From the IMG/VR virus record IMGVR_UViG_3300037067_007020, positions 1 to 64,000 of that record: a stretch of DNA of 64,000 nucleotides; one strand, 5' to 3'. The stretch is from a virus. Lineage: Duplodnaviria; Caudoviricetes. This document shows positions 1 to 10,558 of the stretch, piece by piece (the stretch's first letter is position 1; every line of letters begins with the position of its first letter). A program made the position numbers and the translations under genes. The notes under the pieces are model-generated. The model was not told the DNA's origin, did not search any database, and saw only the letters and a list, made by a program, of their open reading frames with translations.

Positions 1-198
1 GTATTTAACACAACATTATCTGATGAAGATAAAACAATTTTTTCTGAACAAGAAACAGATATGCCAATATGTCCAATATGCAAATCTAAAAAAATAAACA
101 AATTTTTTGGTTTTGAAATGCCTTATGTGAAATATCCACAAGGCCGAGGATGGACTAAAGGACAGTTTGGAGTACATAAGGACAACACAAGAACATAA
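1..198 (+). CDS. Partial small zinc-ribbon protein (FmdB-like C-terminal half)
   Basis: Frame 1 is open from the window edge to TAA at 196-198: ...MPICPICKSKKINKFFGFEMPYVKYPQGRGW; CPxC plus GxGW tail. Confidence 0.45.
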   Translation, partial: VFNTTLSDEDKTIFSEQETDMPICPICKSKKINKFFGFEMPYVKYPQGRGWTKGQFGVHKDNTRT

Positions 199-215
199 AA
201 AAAGGACTAACTAAA

Positions 216-596
216 ATGAGAATATTTTTAAGAAATTTAAAAACCCATGGTTGGGAATATTATTCAGGCACTAGAACAGAACTAAAAAAAGAATTTAAAA
301 AGAGAGACATTTCTATTGGTTCTGGTGTAATAATTGGCAATAGTGTGTATATTGGCAATGATGTAAAAATTGGCGAAAATGTATCAATTGATTTTGGTGT
401 AAAAATTGGCAATAATGTATCAATTGGTTCTTGTGCAGAAATTAGTTTTTGTGCAACAATTAATGATAATGTGACAATTGATCAACATCTACACATAGAA
501 GATTTTAAAACCATACCTACCGGAAAAAAAATGATCAATATAAATTTTATCCCACTGCTAAAATCGAAAAAAATGATTTTGTGTGTTGTTCATTAA
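216..596 (+). CDS. Hexapeptide-repeat (left-handed beta-helix) protein
   Basis: Tandem [IV]GxxVx hexads (IGSGVI IGNSVY IGNDVK IGENVS IDFGVK IGNNVS); AAGGA RBS. Confidence 0.75.
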   Translation: MRIFLRNLKTHGWEYYSGTRTELKKEFKKRDISIGSGVIIGNSVYIGNDVKIGENVSIDFGVKIGNNVSIGSCAEISFCATINDNVTIDQHLHIEDFKTIPTGKKMININFIPLLKSKKMILCVVH

Positions 597-615
597 AATA
601 TCAAAAAGGAAACAA

Positions 616-906
616 ATGACATATTCGGGTAATAAATTAACAGGAAAAGCAAAAATACTGTCCGAATATATCACTACTAAGAAAACTAATGTAACAAGAA
701 TTACAGCAATAGTAGAAATAGCTCTAGCAAATAAATGGCGAGAAAAAATGCCGCTTTTTGCTTGGGGAAAGACAGCAGAATATTTAATGTCTAAAACAAA
801 AAAAGGAGACACAATTTATATATCAGACGGTGCGTTGAGTAAATATAACAACCAGTTTAATATTCAGATAAAAGAAGCGGAAATAATAAAAGGAGAAACC
901 GAATGA
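616..906 (+). CDS. SSB-like OB-fold protein
   Basis: AWGKTAEYL..KKGDTIYI.G.L resembles the SSB core motif; AAGGA RBS before ATG 616; no clear acidic tail. Confidence 0.55.
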   Translation: MTYSGNKLTGKAKILSEYITTKKTNVTRITAIVEIALANKWREKMPLFAWGKTAEYLMSKTKKGDTIYISDGALSKYNNQFNIQIKEAEIIKGETE

Positions 907-1656
907 AATTTTTATATCTTTTATTAGTATGTCCCTAATGTTTTTGGCAAGAATTTTTCACGAAATTTTACCATTATGGGCAATGTGTTCTATGTCATAT
1001 TTTGCAGGAGCATTTGTATCAAATTCTTTGTAACAAAGGAAAGTGTAATGATAGGTTTTGTGTCAGATTTGTTCAGAATAGCTAGAAAGGTAGATTTGTC
1101 TCTTGCATTTGAAGAGTATACAAAGACAGTAAAATCTATTGACAAGAAGAAAAAACCTGTTCTAGAGGATAAAATAGACCAATCAGAGGATTCTGAAGAA
1201 CGAGGAGATATGTATGTTTAAATATTTTTGCTCAATTTCTTTAAGTTTTATTTTTTTCTTTGGGTTTTTTGTATTTGAAAGTACAGAATATCAATTAGCT
1301 TGGGTTTTATCGTGGATATGTTCGTTAATAATATCTTTAATGATAATGAAAGAATAAACGAAAGGATTTTAAAAAATGGGACTATTCGGAGATTTATTAA
1401 GTTTACCAGCAAATATACTAAATGCACCAATAAGAGCGTGTGAAGATTTGGTGACAGGAGAGAAAACTAGAGAAGAAGACAGAGTATTTTCAAAACCTCT
1501 AGATTTTCTAGCAGATCAGTTAAAGGAGGTAGATGAGTAATGAAAACATATGAAGACAATTCAACGTTTTTATCATTTTTAGTTTTAGCTGGAATTTTAC
1601 TAGGAGTAATTTTAATATATATGTTGTTTTAAGAAAGTGACGAAAGGACGAAATGT

Positions 1657-1950
1657 ATGTTCGGAATATCTTTTATAGAACCTATGATCAGAATAGATTT
1701 AAACAATTCTTGTTCTCCAAAGACAGGAATTAAAACATCAGGAGAAACATATACATTCAATGACAGAATTTCTAATATAAGTCAACATATTTGGCAACAA
1801 ATTACAAAATGCACACCTATAGAACAGATTGACCTAGATTTAATTAATAGAAATATCCACGAAAAAGACAAAGAATTGATACAAGACATATATAATATAT
1901 ATTTAAAATATCAAAAAAGATATAAAGATTATAAGGTCAACTACTTTTAA
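1657..1950 (+). CDS. Hypothetical protein
   Basis: 97-aa ORF with AAGGA RBS. Confidence 0.5.
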   Translation: MFGISFIEPMIRIDLNNSCSPKTGIKTSGETYTFNDRISNISQHIWQQITKCTPIEQIDLDLINRNIHEKDKELIQDIYNIYLKYQKRYKDYKVNYF

Positions 1951-1975
1951 GGTCAACTAAAAAGACCTTAGTTTT
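1948..1975 (+). terminator. Candidate intrinsic terminator
   Basis: TAAGGTC-N9-GACCTTA hairpin followed by GTTTT directly at a stop codon. Confidence 0.35.
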
Positions 1976-2201
1976 AAAACTAGTTATAATTATATATATA
2001 ACAGAAGGAGAATAAAAAATAACAAAAAAACAAATTGTTCTGTTAACAATCATGTTTTCCGTCGGTCTAGTTTTATGGGTTTTTTCAGTGTATCCATTGT
2101 TATCACAAATTTCTGATAATGGTTTTATACAAATATTAGAAATTAAGTTTGATAGGAATAAGATTACTATCGGACTATAAAATTTCGAAAGGAGAACAAA
2201 C

Positions 2202-2471
2202 GTGCCATACATAAAACAGGAAGAAAGAAAAGCATACGATACAATACTCAATCCTTTGATTAAGATAGGCATACCAAACAAAGGATGTGCCGAATATATT
2301 ATTTACAAAATTATGAAAATCTATATGAATGACAAGGAATATAGATATTCTTCGCTACATGACATAGTTTATGCAGGAATACACGCAAGCCATGAATTTG
2401 AAAGAAAACATCTTGACATACGAGAAAACAGGGCATGTGAGGAAAATGGAGATATATATGCTCTTAGTTAA
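2202..2471 (+). CDS. Conserved-type phage hypothetical protein (MPYIK N-terminus)
   Basis: GTG start with AGGAG RBS; MPYIKQEER...ENGDI pattern typical of a common phage family. Confidence 0.6.
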   Translation: MPYIKQEERKAYDTILNPLIKIGIPNKGCAEYIIYKIMKIYMNDKEYRYSSLHDIVYAGIHASHEFERKHLDIRENRACEENGDIYALS

Positions 2472-2592
2472 ACACATCGATTGGGAATTACATTTCTTTC
2501 CTTTTAACTGGCACAAGTTTAGTTATAGAAAGTTTGTTTCTTCTTTGCACGAATCTTATACGCTAGGTTGTTTTAAAATAATAAAGAAAAGA

Positions 2593-2679
2593 TCGGTCTG
2601 ATCGTCCGGTTGTAAACCGTAGTCGATGAAACGGACTCGAAAGAGTAAAGACTAAGAGTAACACTTAGCACCAGATCGA
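2593..2679 (+). ncRNA. Candidate structured RNA, family unknown
   Basis: GC-rich island with closing stem TCGGTCTG/CAGATCGA and internal hairpins CGGTT/AACCG, ACTC-GAAA-GAGT and CTAAG/CTTAG. Confidence 0.5.
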
Positions 2680-2711
2680 ACTTATTAAATGATAAAGAAA
2701 AGAGGAAATGA

Positions 2712-3095
2712 ATGTTGAAAGAAGAAAAATATTATGACATAATGAACAATTTTAATACCAAAATGTCATTCGAAGAAATTTGTCATAATTGGTATGCTTG
2801 TTTCGAATACATTCTTCTGCATTTTAAATGTGGGTTTAATCAAAAATCAATTCACAGCCTTTTTTATTTTTTCGATATGGATAATTGGACAGCATTGCAT
2901 AGAGATCAAATTCCTGAGTATAAAGACCAAAAAAAGAGAGAATTACTAGATTCGTTTTGTTCTGAAGCGTGTTATATTTCGGACAGAGTATCATATGACA
3001 GATTGTTTAGAACTCATTGGTTATTTAAACAAGCATTTGAAAAAGAATTTGATGAATATAAACATTCTAGAAAGGAGTCAAATAATGTCTTGTGA
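2712..3095 (+). CDS. Hypothetical protein
   Basis: 127-aa ORF with GAGGA RBS. Confidence 0.55.
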   Translation: MLKEEKYYDIMNNFNTKMSFEEICHNWYACFEYILLHFKCGFNQKSIHSLFYFFDMDNWTALHRDQIPEYKDQKKRELLDSFCSEACYISDRVSYDRLFRTHWLFKQAFEKEFDEYKHSRKESNNVL

Positions 3096-3717
3096 ATTGT
3101 GTGGGAAAAATGGATGTATAAAGTGTTTTCATTCTCTCAAAGAACAACAAGAGTATGAAAAAGCTAAAGAGTTGTCACAAAACAAAACCCCAATTCAATT
3201 GGCGGGAGAATTGATTGAAGCAGAAAATAAAATAATTGAACTAGAAGAACAGATAAGATTTTTAAACGAAGAATCAGCGGGTATTGACATATAATTATTA
3301 AAAATATAAAAAGGACAAAAATGATTAGTTATATAGTAAATGCAATATATAAACACCATACGTATTGTACAAATACAACATGTACTAAAAACTGTCAAAT
3401 AAGATCATCAGAATATGTCAAAGAACATTCGATAAAGTGTTGTCTTCCAATTTATTTTCGTCATTTTAAATGTATTGTCTAGGAGAAAAAAGATGCCTCA
3501 TTATTCTATAGACACTTTAAACGAAATATACAAACTTAGAGAAGAACTTTCTGTTCTAAGAACAGAAAACAATATTCTTAAACAGAAACTAGACGAATTA
3601 GTTAAAGACCCAATAGGAAAAACATCAAGTCATGTAGAAAATAGACATTGGAACACAGTACCAACGAACATATATGAAGATATGGAAGACTGTAATAATT
3701 AAGGACAATAAAATTAT

Positions 3718-3924
3718 ATGCCAACTATTGCAGAAATTAAAAAAGGTCTTGTAAGACTTTATCCTCCTAGAAAAAAAGACAAGTCTTTTAAAGTAACACA
3801 TTCTATAGGACATAAATGTAACGATTGTGGACAAAATGCTAAATTTAAAATACATGAAGAAAATTATACACATCCAGAGTTTCGGATTTGGTATTATTGC
3901 GGAATATGTGAAGTAGGAGGTTAA
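3718..3924 (+). CDS. Small zinc-ribbon protein
   Basis: CNDC...CGIC; AAGGA RBS. Confidence 0.55.
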   Translation: MPTIAEIKKGLVRLYPPRKKDKSFKVTHSIGHKCNDCGQNAKFKIHEENYTHPEFRIWYYCGICEVGG

Positions 3925-4234
3925 GTGTCAACAAAAACCAATATTCCTATAATATTCGGATTATACCATTCCGCTTCAAATGAATGTTCATGGGATTCAA
4001 GTGGGTTTTTAAATTATAAATTTACTGAAAGGAATAAAATGGGTTGTAGTCAAGGATATTGTATTTATATACCCAAAGGAAATTAAGGAACAATAGTGGA
4101 AAATAATTTTGAAAGATTTTTATTTTGTTGGGTAAAATTGTTTGAAAGTATAATAGGAATTATTATGTTAGGTTCTTATAGTCCTACTTGGAGTTTAAAT
4201 TTTATTAGGTTTTGTGTTATTAGGAGATCAAAAC

Positions 4235-4372
4235 ATGATCTGTGATTGTTGTGGTAAAGACAAAGATGATGTTCAGGGAAGAATACCCCCTTATATGTGT
4301 CCTACTGAAGAAGATTATAGAATAATAGGATTTTTATGTTATCAATGTTATTGTAATATATGTCAAGGATAA
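4235..4372 (+). CDS. Cys-rich microprotein (45 aa)
   Basis: AGGAG RBS; MICDCCG...CYQCYCNIC, translated by hand. Confidence 0.5.
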   Translation: MICDCCGKDKDDVQGRIPPYMCPTEEDYRIIGFLCYQCYCNICQG

Positions 4373-4385
4373 AAGGAGAATAAAT

Positions 4386-4613
4386 ATGAAAATATCAATC
4401 GTTTGGAACACAGAAGACGTGATTGAACAAGCAAAGAACAGAAACATTAAAATAACAACCAAAGAAGCAAACAAGATACTTAGAAATATCAAAAGGTATC
4501 ACGATTGTTGTGTTGGTATTAATTGGGACGTAATAGATTGTCATTTAGATCAGCTATTGGTAGACAGAGATAATTTATATGTCGATAGACCTCATGTTTT
4601 TAAAAAGAGATAA
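4386..4613 (+). CDS. Conserved-type phage hypothetical protein
   Basis: AGGAG RBS; W..EDV...HD...GINWD pattern. Confidence 0.6.
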   Translation: MKISIVWNTEDVIEQAKNRNIKITTKEANKILRNIKRYHDCCVGINWDVIDCHLDQLLVDRDNLYVDRPHVFKKR

Positions 4614-5179
4614 AACAAGGAGAAAATAGAATGTTTAAATTCCCTTTGACTCAATTGATCAATAAATTTGGTTTCTATCGTCCGTCTATTCAAAAGACAG
4701 AGATAGATAAACAAAATATGAGATCGTCTGTTAAAAAAGAAACAAAGACCCTTAGAGAAGATTACAACAACAAAGATGATGATTTAATTCCTTATCCAGA
4801 CAATTTATTTGTATAACACAAAAGGAAATTAAAAAATGAAACTTTCAGAACAACAAATAAATTATCTATTAACGAATCTACGTGATGTAGTAGATTGTCC
4901 TATGGAAAATATTTACAAGATTCTTAGGTCAGATAAAATTCCAGAACATCCAGAGATATTGAAACTAAGAACAGAACTGGTCAAAGCAACAACAAAAATT
5001 AGACAACTGAACTCCTATATCAATAGCACTTATGGAATTAATAAGGAACAGATAAATTTATGAACAAAACATCCATTTTATTCTATAACGTTTTATGCTC
5101 CTAAAGAAATTGAAGTATGGTTAATACAAGACATGTCTCCCGTAATGAATATGATTAGAGAGAAAATAAATATAAAACA

Positions 5180-5707
5180 ATGAAAAACAATAATAATCCC
5201 ATTAAATATTGGATTCTTCCAGATTGTCATTTTGGACACAAGAACATTATCAAGTATTGTAACAGACCTGACAATTATGAAGAACTGATAATTAACAACA
5301 CAAATGGTTTAGTTCGTGAAGAGGATATTCTTCTTATTCTCGGAGATTTATGTTTAGCAGGAACAGAAGTATGGAATAGAACAGTAGGGCAAATTAAATG
5401 TCCCAATAAGGTTCTTGTAATCGGGAATCATGATTCTCGTTCTACTACATGGTATTATCAACACGGAATGATATTTGTCTGTGAAAACTTTACTCTTATT
5501 TATAACGGAATTAATATTCTTTTTTCACATAGACCTGTTAAAAAATTGCTCGAAAGAACAGATATTAATGTTTTTGCACATATTCATGACAATAAAGACA
5601 ATATACTTTTTACCGAAAAACAAATGTTATGTAGCATAGAAAAATCAAATTACTGTCCTATTGAATTAGAAAAATTAATAATTGAATGTAAAAAACATGA
5701 TAAATGA
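5180..5707 (+). CDS. Calcineurin-like metallophosphoesterase
   Basis: DCHFGH, LGD, GNHD, SH and AHIH metal-binding motifs. Confidence 0.85.
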   Translation: MKNNNNPIKYWILPDCHFGHKNIIKYCNRPDNYEELIINNTNGLVREEDILLILGDLCLAGTEVWNRTVGQIKCPNKVLVIGNHDSRSTTWYYQHGMIFVCENFTLIYNGINILFSHRPVKKLLERTDINVFAHIHDNKDNILFTEKQMLCSIEKSNYCPIELEKLIIECKKHDK

Positions 5708-6224
5708 AATTTGGATTGATATTAAAAACTATGAAGGAATTTATCAAATATCTAACTTTGGTAATGTAAAAAGTATTATGAGAATAGGCAAACATAATAA
5801 AGGAAGAAAATGGCAAATAAGAAAAGAAAGAACATTAAAGAATAGAAATGATGGAAGAGGATATTATTCAGTGATATTGTACAAAGGTAACACAAAAATT
5901 AGTTATAGAATACATCGATTAGTTGCTAAAGCATTTATCCCTAATATAAATAATCGGCCCGAAATTAATCATAAAGACGGAAATAAACAAAATAATAATG
6001 TTGATAATTTGGAATGGTGTACTAGAAAAGAAAATACTTCTCATGCAAGACAAAATGGTCTTTATCCCAAAAATGCTAGGAGATTATTTAATAAGAACAC
6101 TGTTGAAAATATAAAATCAATGATAAAACAAGGATTTTTGAATAGATATATTGCAGACAAACTTAATACAAATATACAAAACATTCGCAACATAAGAATA
6201 GGACATACTTATAAATATGATTAG
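5697..6224 (+). CDS. NUMOD4-HNH homing endonuclease
   Basis: EIWIDIKNYEGIYQISNFGNVKS (NUMOD4); HRLVAKAF, INHKDGNKQNNNVDNLEW (HNH); C-terminal HTH-like segment. Confidence 0.9.
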   Translation: MINEIWIDIKNYEGIYQISNFGNVKSIMRIGKHNKGRKWQIRKERTLKNRNDGRGYYSVILYKGNTKISYRIHRLVAKAFIPNINNRPEINHKDGNKQNNNVDNLEWCTRKENTSHARQNGLYPKNARRLFNKNTVENIKSMIKQGFLNRYIADKLNTNIQNIRNIRIGHTYKYD

Positions 6225-6568
6225 AACAACACAATATTTTGTAAAATAAGGACATAAAATGAATAGATTTATTAAACAAGAACAATTTACAAGATATGAC
6301 GAAGAATTACATCCAGAATGTGACAACAAAGAATATCTAGAATATGAAAAAGTAAGTTCTGATTTGAGTAAAAATGTAATTTGTTCGTATGGTTACAAAG
6401 AAATTTTTTACGACGGAAATTATAAATGGTTAAAAATCAAAGAAGCTAAAATGTTGTTAGGAGAATAAAATAAATAACTTTCTTCCAATATTATGCACAG
6501 ACCCACTTCCCGGTTGTAGAATGTATGGATGTGAAATGAAATGTGTTAGATTTCGAAAGGAAATAAAA

Positions 6569-6754
6569 ATGTCTGAAAAACAAATAACAATATCTGTAAA
6601 AGATTATGTACGATTGATCATGTCCTCTGAAAAATTGAATAGATTAGAAATAGGAGGAGTAGACAACTGGGAATGGTATGGAGAATCATTAAATCCAGAA
6701 GGAGAACAAGACTTAGATGAATATGAAGAAGAATTAAAAAAGAAATATTTATAA
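6569..6754 (+). CDS. Conserved-type small phage protein (GVDNWEWY)
   Basis: LE.GGVDNWEWY motif; AAGGA RBS. Confidence 0.6.
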   Translation: MSEKQITISVKDYVRLIMSSEKLNRLEIGGVDNWEWYGESLNPEGEQDLDEYEEELKKKYL

Positions 6755-7404
6755 GGAGAATAAACAGTGAACTTTGATGTTAATAAAATACCTTATGGAG
6801 GATGTTTTTACTGTAAACATTTTTTAATTACTTGTAAATATAGTATCAATGAATATTGCAGAGATTGTGTCAGTGATGACCCTAATACAAAATTTACTCC
6901 TCTAGGAATAAATGAATATAATGGATATACGTTCATGCACTAACCTAGGAAAACAACATGAACAAAAAACAAACAAAATATATAGAAGACTTTTTAAACA
7001 TTCCTTTGAAATTAGGAGTTTGTCCTAGTTGTGGAGACGTACAAAGTCATAATATATTATACTGTGATAAACTATGTTGTGTAAATATTAAATATATTTT
7101 TACTAATAAAACAGTATTTGAGGCATTTTTGTTTGTTTACAATCTTCCTGAAATAAAATACAAAAGGAAAAATGCCAAAAGCGATTATTTTGATTTTAAA
7201 AAAACTTATGGTTGGAATTGTACTTATTGGAAAAAGAACAAAATTTCTGAAAAAGAATATATTGGATATATAGATAAAAAAATAAAAGGAGTTTCTAATG
7301 TCAATCTATAGATGGGTTAATACAATATGTAAAATATTAGATAATATTTCGTACAAAATATGGTTGGCAATTACAAACTAATTATAAAACAAAGGAAATA
7401 TAAA

Positions 7405-8010
7405 ATGACAACAGATAAATTACTAACAACAGTTAGTTACCTTGCAGGAGCTATTGAAATTTTAAGTACTAAAGAAATGTCTTCTTGGAGAAATTATGTC
7501 AAAGAACAGTTCAAAGACAAAGATATATTTTTCTATGACCCTGTGTTTCAAGAATCTTTAAAAGTAGACTCTAGTGCAGGAAATCATAACAAAGTACTTG
7601 CTAGACTTAAAAAAGAAGGCAATTATAAAGAATTTTTAGATCATATGTGGTCTATTTGGGCGCAAAATTTACCAAGAACAGAACCACTGGTCAATATTCT
7701 TGGTCATATAAGAGCAGATAAATATCTCTCAGGAAATACTATAGAAAAAATGAACAGAAGTGCTGATTTTGAAGCTGTAGTTAGAAGTGATTTTATTGTT
7801 GTTTTCTTGCCCAAGGAAACAAAAACGATAGGAACAATATATGAAGTATGTGTTGCTATGTTGTTTAATATTCCGGTGTATTTAGTAGTACCAGATGACG
7901 AAAAAGAAAATGTCAATTCTTCTCTTTTGTTCGGAACTCAAGTATCACACGGAAGATTTTTTACTTCTCTGGATGAATGTATAAACTATTTAAAAAGGAA
8001 ATATTTCTAA
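7405..8010 (+). CDS. Nucleoside 2-deoxyribosyltransferase-like (NDT superfamily) protein
   Basis: YLAGAI, FYDP, D..AV..SDFIVV and GT.YE motifs. Confidence 0.7.
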   Translation: MTTDKLLTTVSYLAGAIEILSTKEMSSWRNYVKEQFKDKDIFFYDPVFQESLKVDSSAGNHNKVLARLKKEGNYKEFLDHMWSIWAQNLPRTEPLVNILGHIRADKYLSGNTIEKMNRSADFEAVVRSDFIVVFLPKETKTIGTIYEVCVAMLFNIPVYLVVPDDEKENVNSSLLFGTQVSHGRFFTSLDECINYLKRKYF

Positions 8011-8665
8011 GAAAGGAACTAAAAATGTCAAACTATGTTGTTCTCTGTTTAAAAACTTTTGAAATAGAATTTGGTTTTTGTACTGACTATATCGGATTTT
8101 CTATAGGTATTACTAATTATCACAATGTTTTCTTAGGAATAAGTATATTGGGGTTTTATTTATCATTAGGATATAATAAATGTTCAACAAACAACAAATT
8201 TCGTTATTTAATTGTTAAATAGAAGGGAATATAAAAAAATGTTTTTAAATGATTTGTATATTTTATTGATATTTTTAACCATAGTTATATGTGTTTTAAC
8301 AATATTGTTTTTTCTTAATTATTATAACCAAACAAAAATATATAAACAATACTTAAAAAACAGAAAATTTAAAGATTATGAAAAATATTTTTCGATAGTT
8401 TTTGAAGGGGATTTGTTTAATTATTCAAACCATTACTGCTCAGATCGTTATCTTTGGTTTTTCAAAAATTTTAAAAATAAAAAGGAATTTAAAAATATTC
8501 CTATAGAAGCACAAAAGTTTTTTGTCAAATTATATGAAAAAGATAAACAAAAAGGAAAAAAAGAAGAGCGTTTTTGGCAACAAGCAGCAATAACCTATTA
8601 TAACAACAGTTCTTATTGGGACGATATGACTCCTTTCGGATAAATAAAAGAGGATTGACGAAAAT

Positions 8666-9244
8666 ATGATAATACTTAAACCAGAAATTCTTTGCTGTCC
8701 TAATATTCCAAAACCTCTTCATTCAGTTAATCCTAGAAATATCATGGGAAAAGAAAAATGGGATATATTAAGACAAGATGTTTATAAATCTACTCAATAT
8801 CATTGTATAGCCTGTGGAGTACATAAATCAGAAGCAAAAAAGCACCAATGGCTGGAAGCACATGAAAATGTTAATATAGACTATAAAAAAGGTATTGTCG
8901 AGGTTAAAGAAATTGTTCCTTTGTGTCACTATTGTCACAGTTTTATTCATTCTGGAAGACTAGGAATGATTCTAGGAAAAGAAAAAACCAGAAAAGAAGT
9001 AAAAGAAATACTAGAACACGGATTTAAAGTTTTAAGAAAACATAAATTAAAAGTGTTTGTAGGAACAACTTATCTTGCTTTAGAACTACGAATAAATCAT
9101 CAAGGAATAGAAATATGGTATCCTCCTGCCAACGATAATATAAAATGGAATGATTGGAAATTGATATATGAAGGAAAAGAACATAAGCCTAAATTTAAGA
9201 GTTATGAAGAATGGAAAAACAATTATTTTAGTCAAGAAACATAA
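8666..9244 (+). CDS. HNH-like zinc-binding nuclease family protein
   Basis: CIACG...LEAHE...LCHYCH.FIH. Confidence 0.65.
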   Translation: MIILKPEILCCPNIPKPLHSVNPRNIMGKEKWDILRQDVYKSTQYHCIACGVHKSEAKKHQWLEAHENVNIDYKKGIVEVKEIVPLCHYCHSFIHSGRLGMILGKEKTRKEVKEILEHGFKVLRKHKLKVFVGTTYLALELRINHQGIEIWYPPANDNIKWNDWKLIYEGKEHKPKFKSYEEWKNNYFSQET

Positions 9245-9281
9245 AACTTAGTTGTTTGAAATAAATTTTTTATGATATAAT
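9233..9281 (+). promoter_or_regulatory. Repeated early promoter, copy 1
   Basis: AAGAAACATAAAA...TTGAAA-N14-TATAAT with TG extended -10; near-identical copies near 14.9 and 30.9 kb. Confidence 0.75.
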
Positions 9282-9512
9282 ACTCTTTGGGAGAACAGAA
9301 TGACACTTTTATCTTCTTGTTGCGGTAGTCCTGTTTGGGGAGAAATCGATAAATCTTCAGATAATAAAGAAGATTGGTGTGGAATATGTTCAAGATGTAA
9401 AGATTGGTCAGGAGTTTGGGACGATGAAGACGAGGAATTAGACAATGATACAGAAGAGATTGAAGAAGAAATAAAAAATACTATAGAAAGAATAGAATAA
9501 AGGAGAAATATT

Positions 9513-9959
9513 TTGACAAACAAAAAACCTCTATATGCAATAGGACTAGACTACTATTGTCCTCATTGTCAAAAAGAAATGTATGCTCCTATTGTATACG
9601 AATTAATTAATTCGGGAGGAAATTGTCCTTGGTGTCAAGAACCTATTGACAAAGGAGAAACTATTACATGGGGTACAGCAGACGGAAAAGAATTGCTAGT
9701 TTGTGACATGACAACACAACACATAAGCAATTGTATACATCTATTTACAGATAAACTAACAAACATTTATATTTTGAGAGACATTGGCCATATTCTTCAA
9801 GCCGAAAAAGCTATTTATGAACAAACAGTCAATATTTTTGAAAAAGAATTGAAAAGACGAAAAGAAGATATGCTTCCTTATGTTCCTTATTTTGAAAAAG
9901 AATTAGAAGACAAGATATGGGGAAGAAACATGGAGGACACAAAAGAAAAATGGATATAA
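9513..9959 (+). CDS. Zinc-finger hypothetical protein
   Basis: CPHC...CPWC; W.TADG....DM...HI.N segment. Confidence 0.6.
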   Translation: MTNKKPLYAIGLDYYCPHCQKEMYAPIVYELINSGGNCPWCQEPIDKGETITWGTADGKELLVCDMTTQHISNCIHLFTDKLTNIYILRDIGHILQAEKAIYEQTVNIFEKELKRRKEDMLPYVPYFEKELEDKIWGRNMEDTKEKWI

Positions 9960-10249
9960 TATTATCTACGATTGGATACATAATATTTGCGGTTGTTTTA
10001 ATATATGTTCTTATAAAATCTCATTCTGATTGGAATTATTAATGACACAAAATGAATACATAAGTGAAAAAACACAACTAAAAAAAGACTTGTCTATACT
10101 AGCAAATTTTGTTCAAAATTGGTGTGATGCAATAGCAAGAGACAGTACATGGGATGGTTGGGATAGTTATTATAAATCAGCAAAATATGGAGATCGTGAC
10201 AAAACAATTTATAATATTATAGATAAATATCAAACAACGAAAGTTTAAA

Positions 10250-10558
10250 ATGGAAAAACTGTTATTAAATAATGTAGAAGAATTTAAGTTGTGGTTAAAT
10301 AACGAAACTTATGGAGGACATACATATGACACCATATATCCTTTTCAGAAACCAGAAAAATATCCTTGTGTAGTTTTTTGGACAAATGAATTTATAGATG
10401 ATGAAGTAGAAACATATTGTGATTTTGTTTATCCGACAGATTTTATTGATCTGATACCAAAAACAATAGATTTTCTTATAGATACATATAATTCCCAATT
10501 AGGTTCTGAATGTTGTAGGCAGTTACAAGAGATTAAGGAAGAAATAAAAAATGTCTAA
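10250..10558 (+). CDS. Hypothetical protein, PxxYPC paralogue 1
   Basis: LL.N..EF..W...PEKYPC. Confidence 0.55.
   Translation: MEKLLLNNVEEFKLWLNNETYGGHTYDTIYPFQKPEKYPCVVFWTNEFIDDEVETYCDFVYPTDFIDLIPKTIDFLIDTYNSQLGSECCRQLQEIKEEIKNV

Noticed and set aside
2593-2679. Hammerhead ribozyme or SAM-I riboswitch
   Set aside because: CTGATCG is not CUGAnGA. CGATGAAAC resembles part of SAM-I P2, but the other conserved SAM-I elements are missing.
6470-6565. Possible structured RNA in a short intergenic gap
   Set aside because: Only short 5-bp pairings that are not clearly nested; insufficient support.
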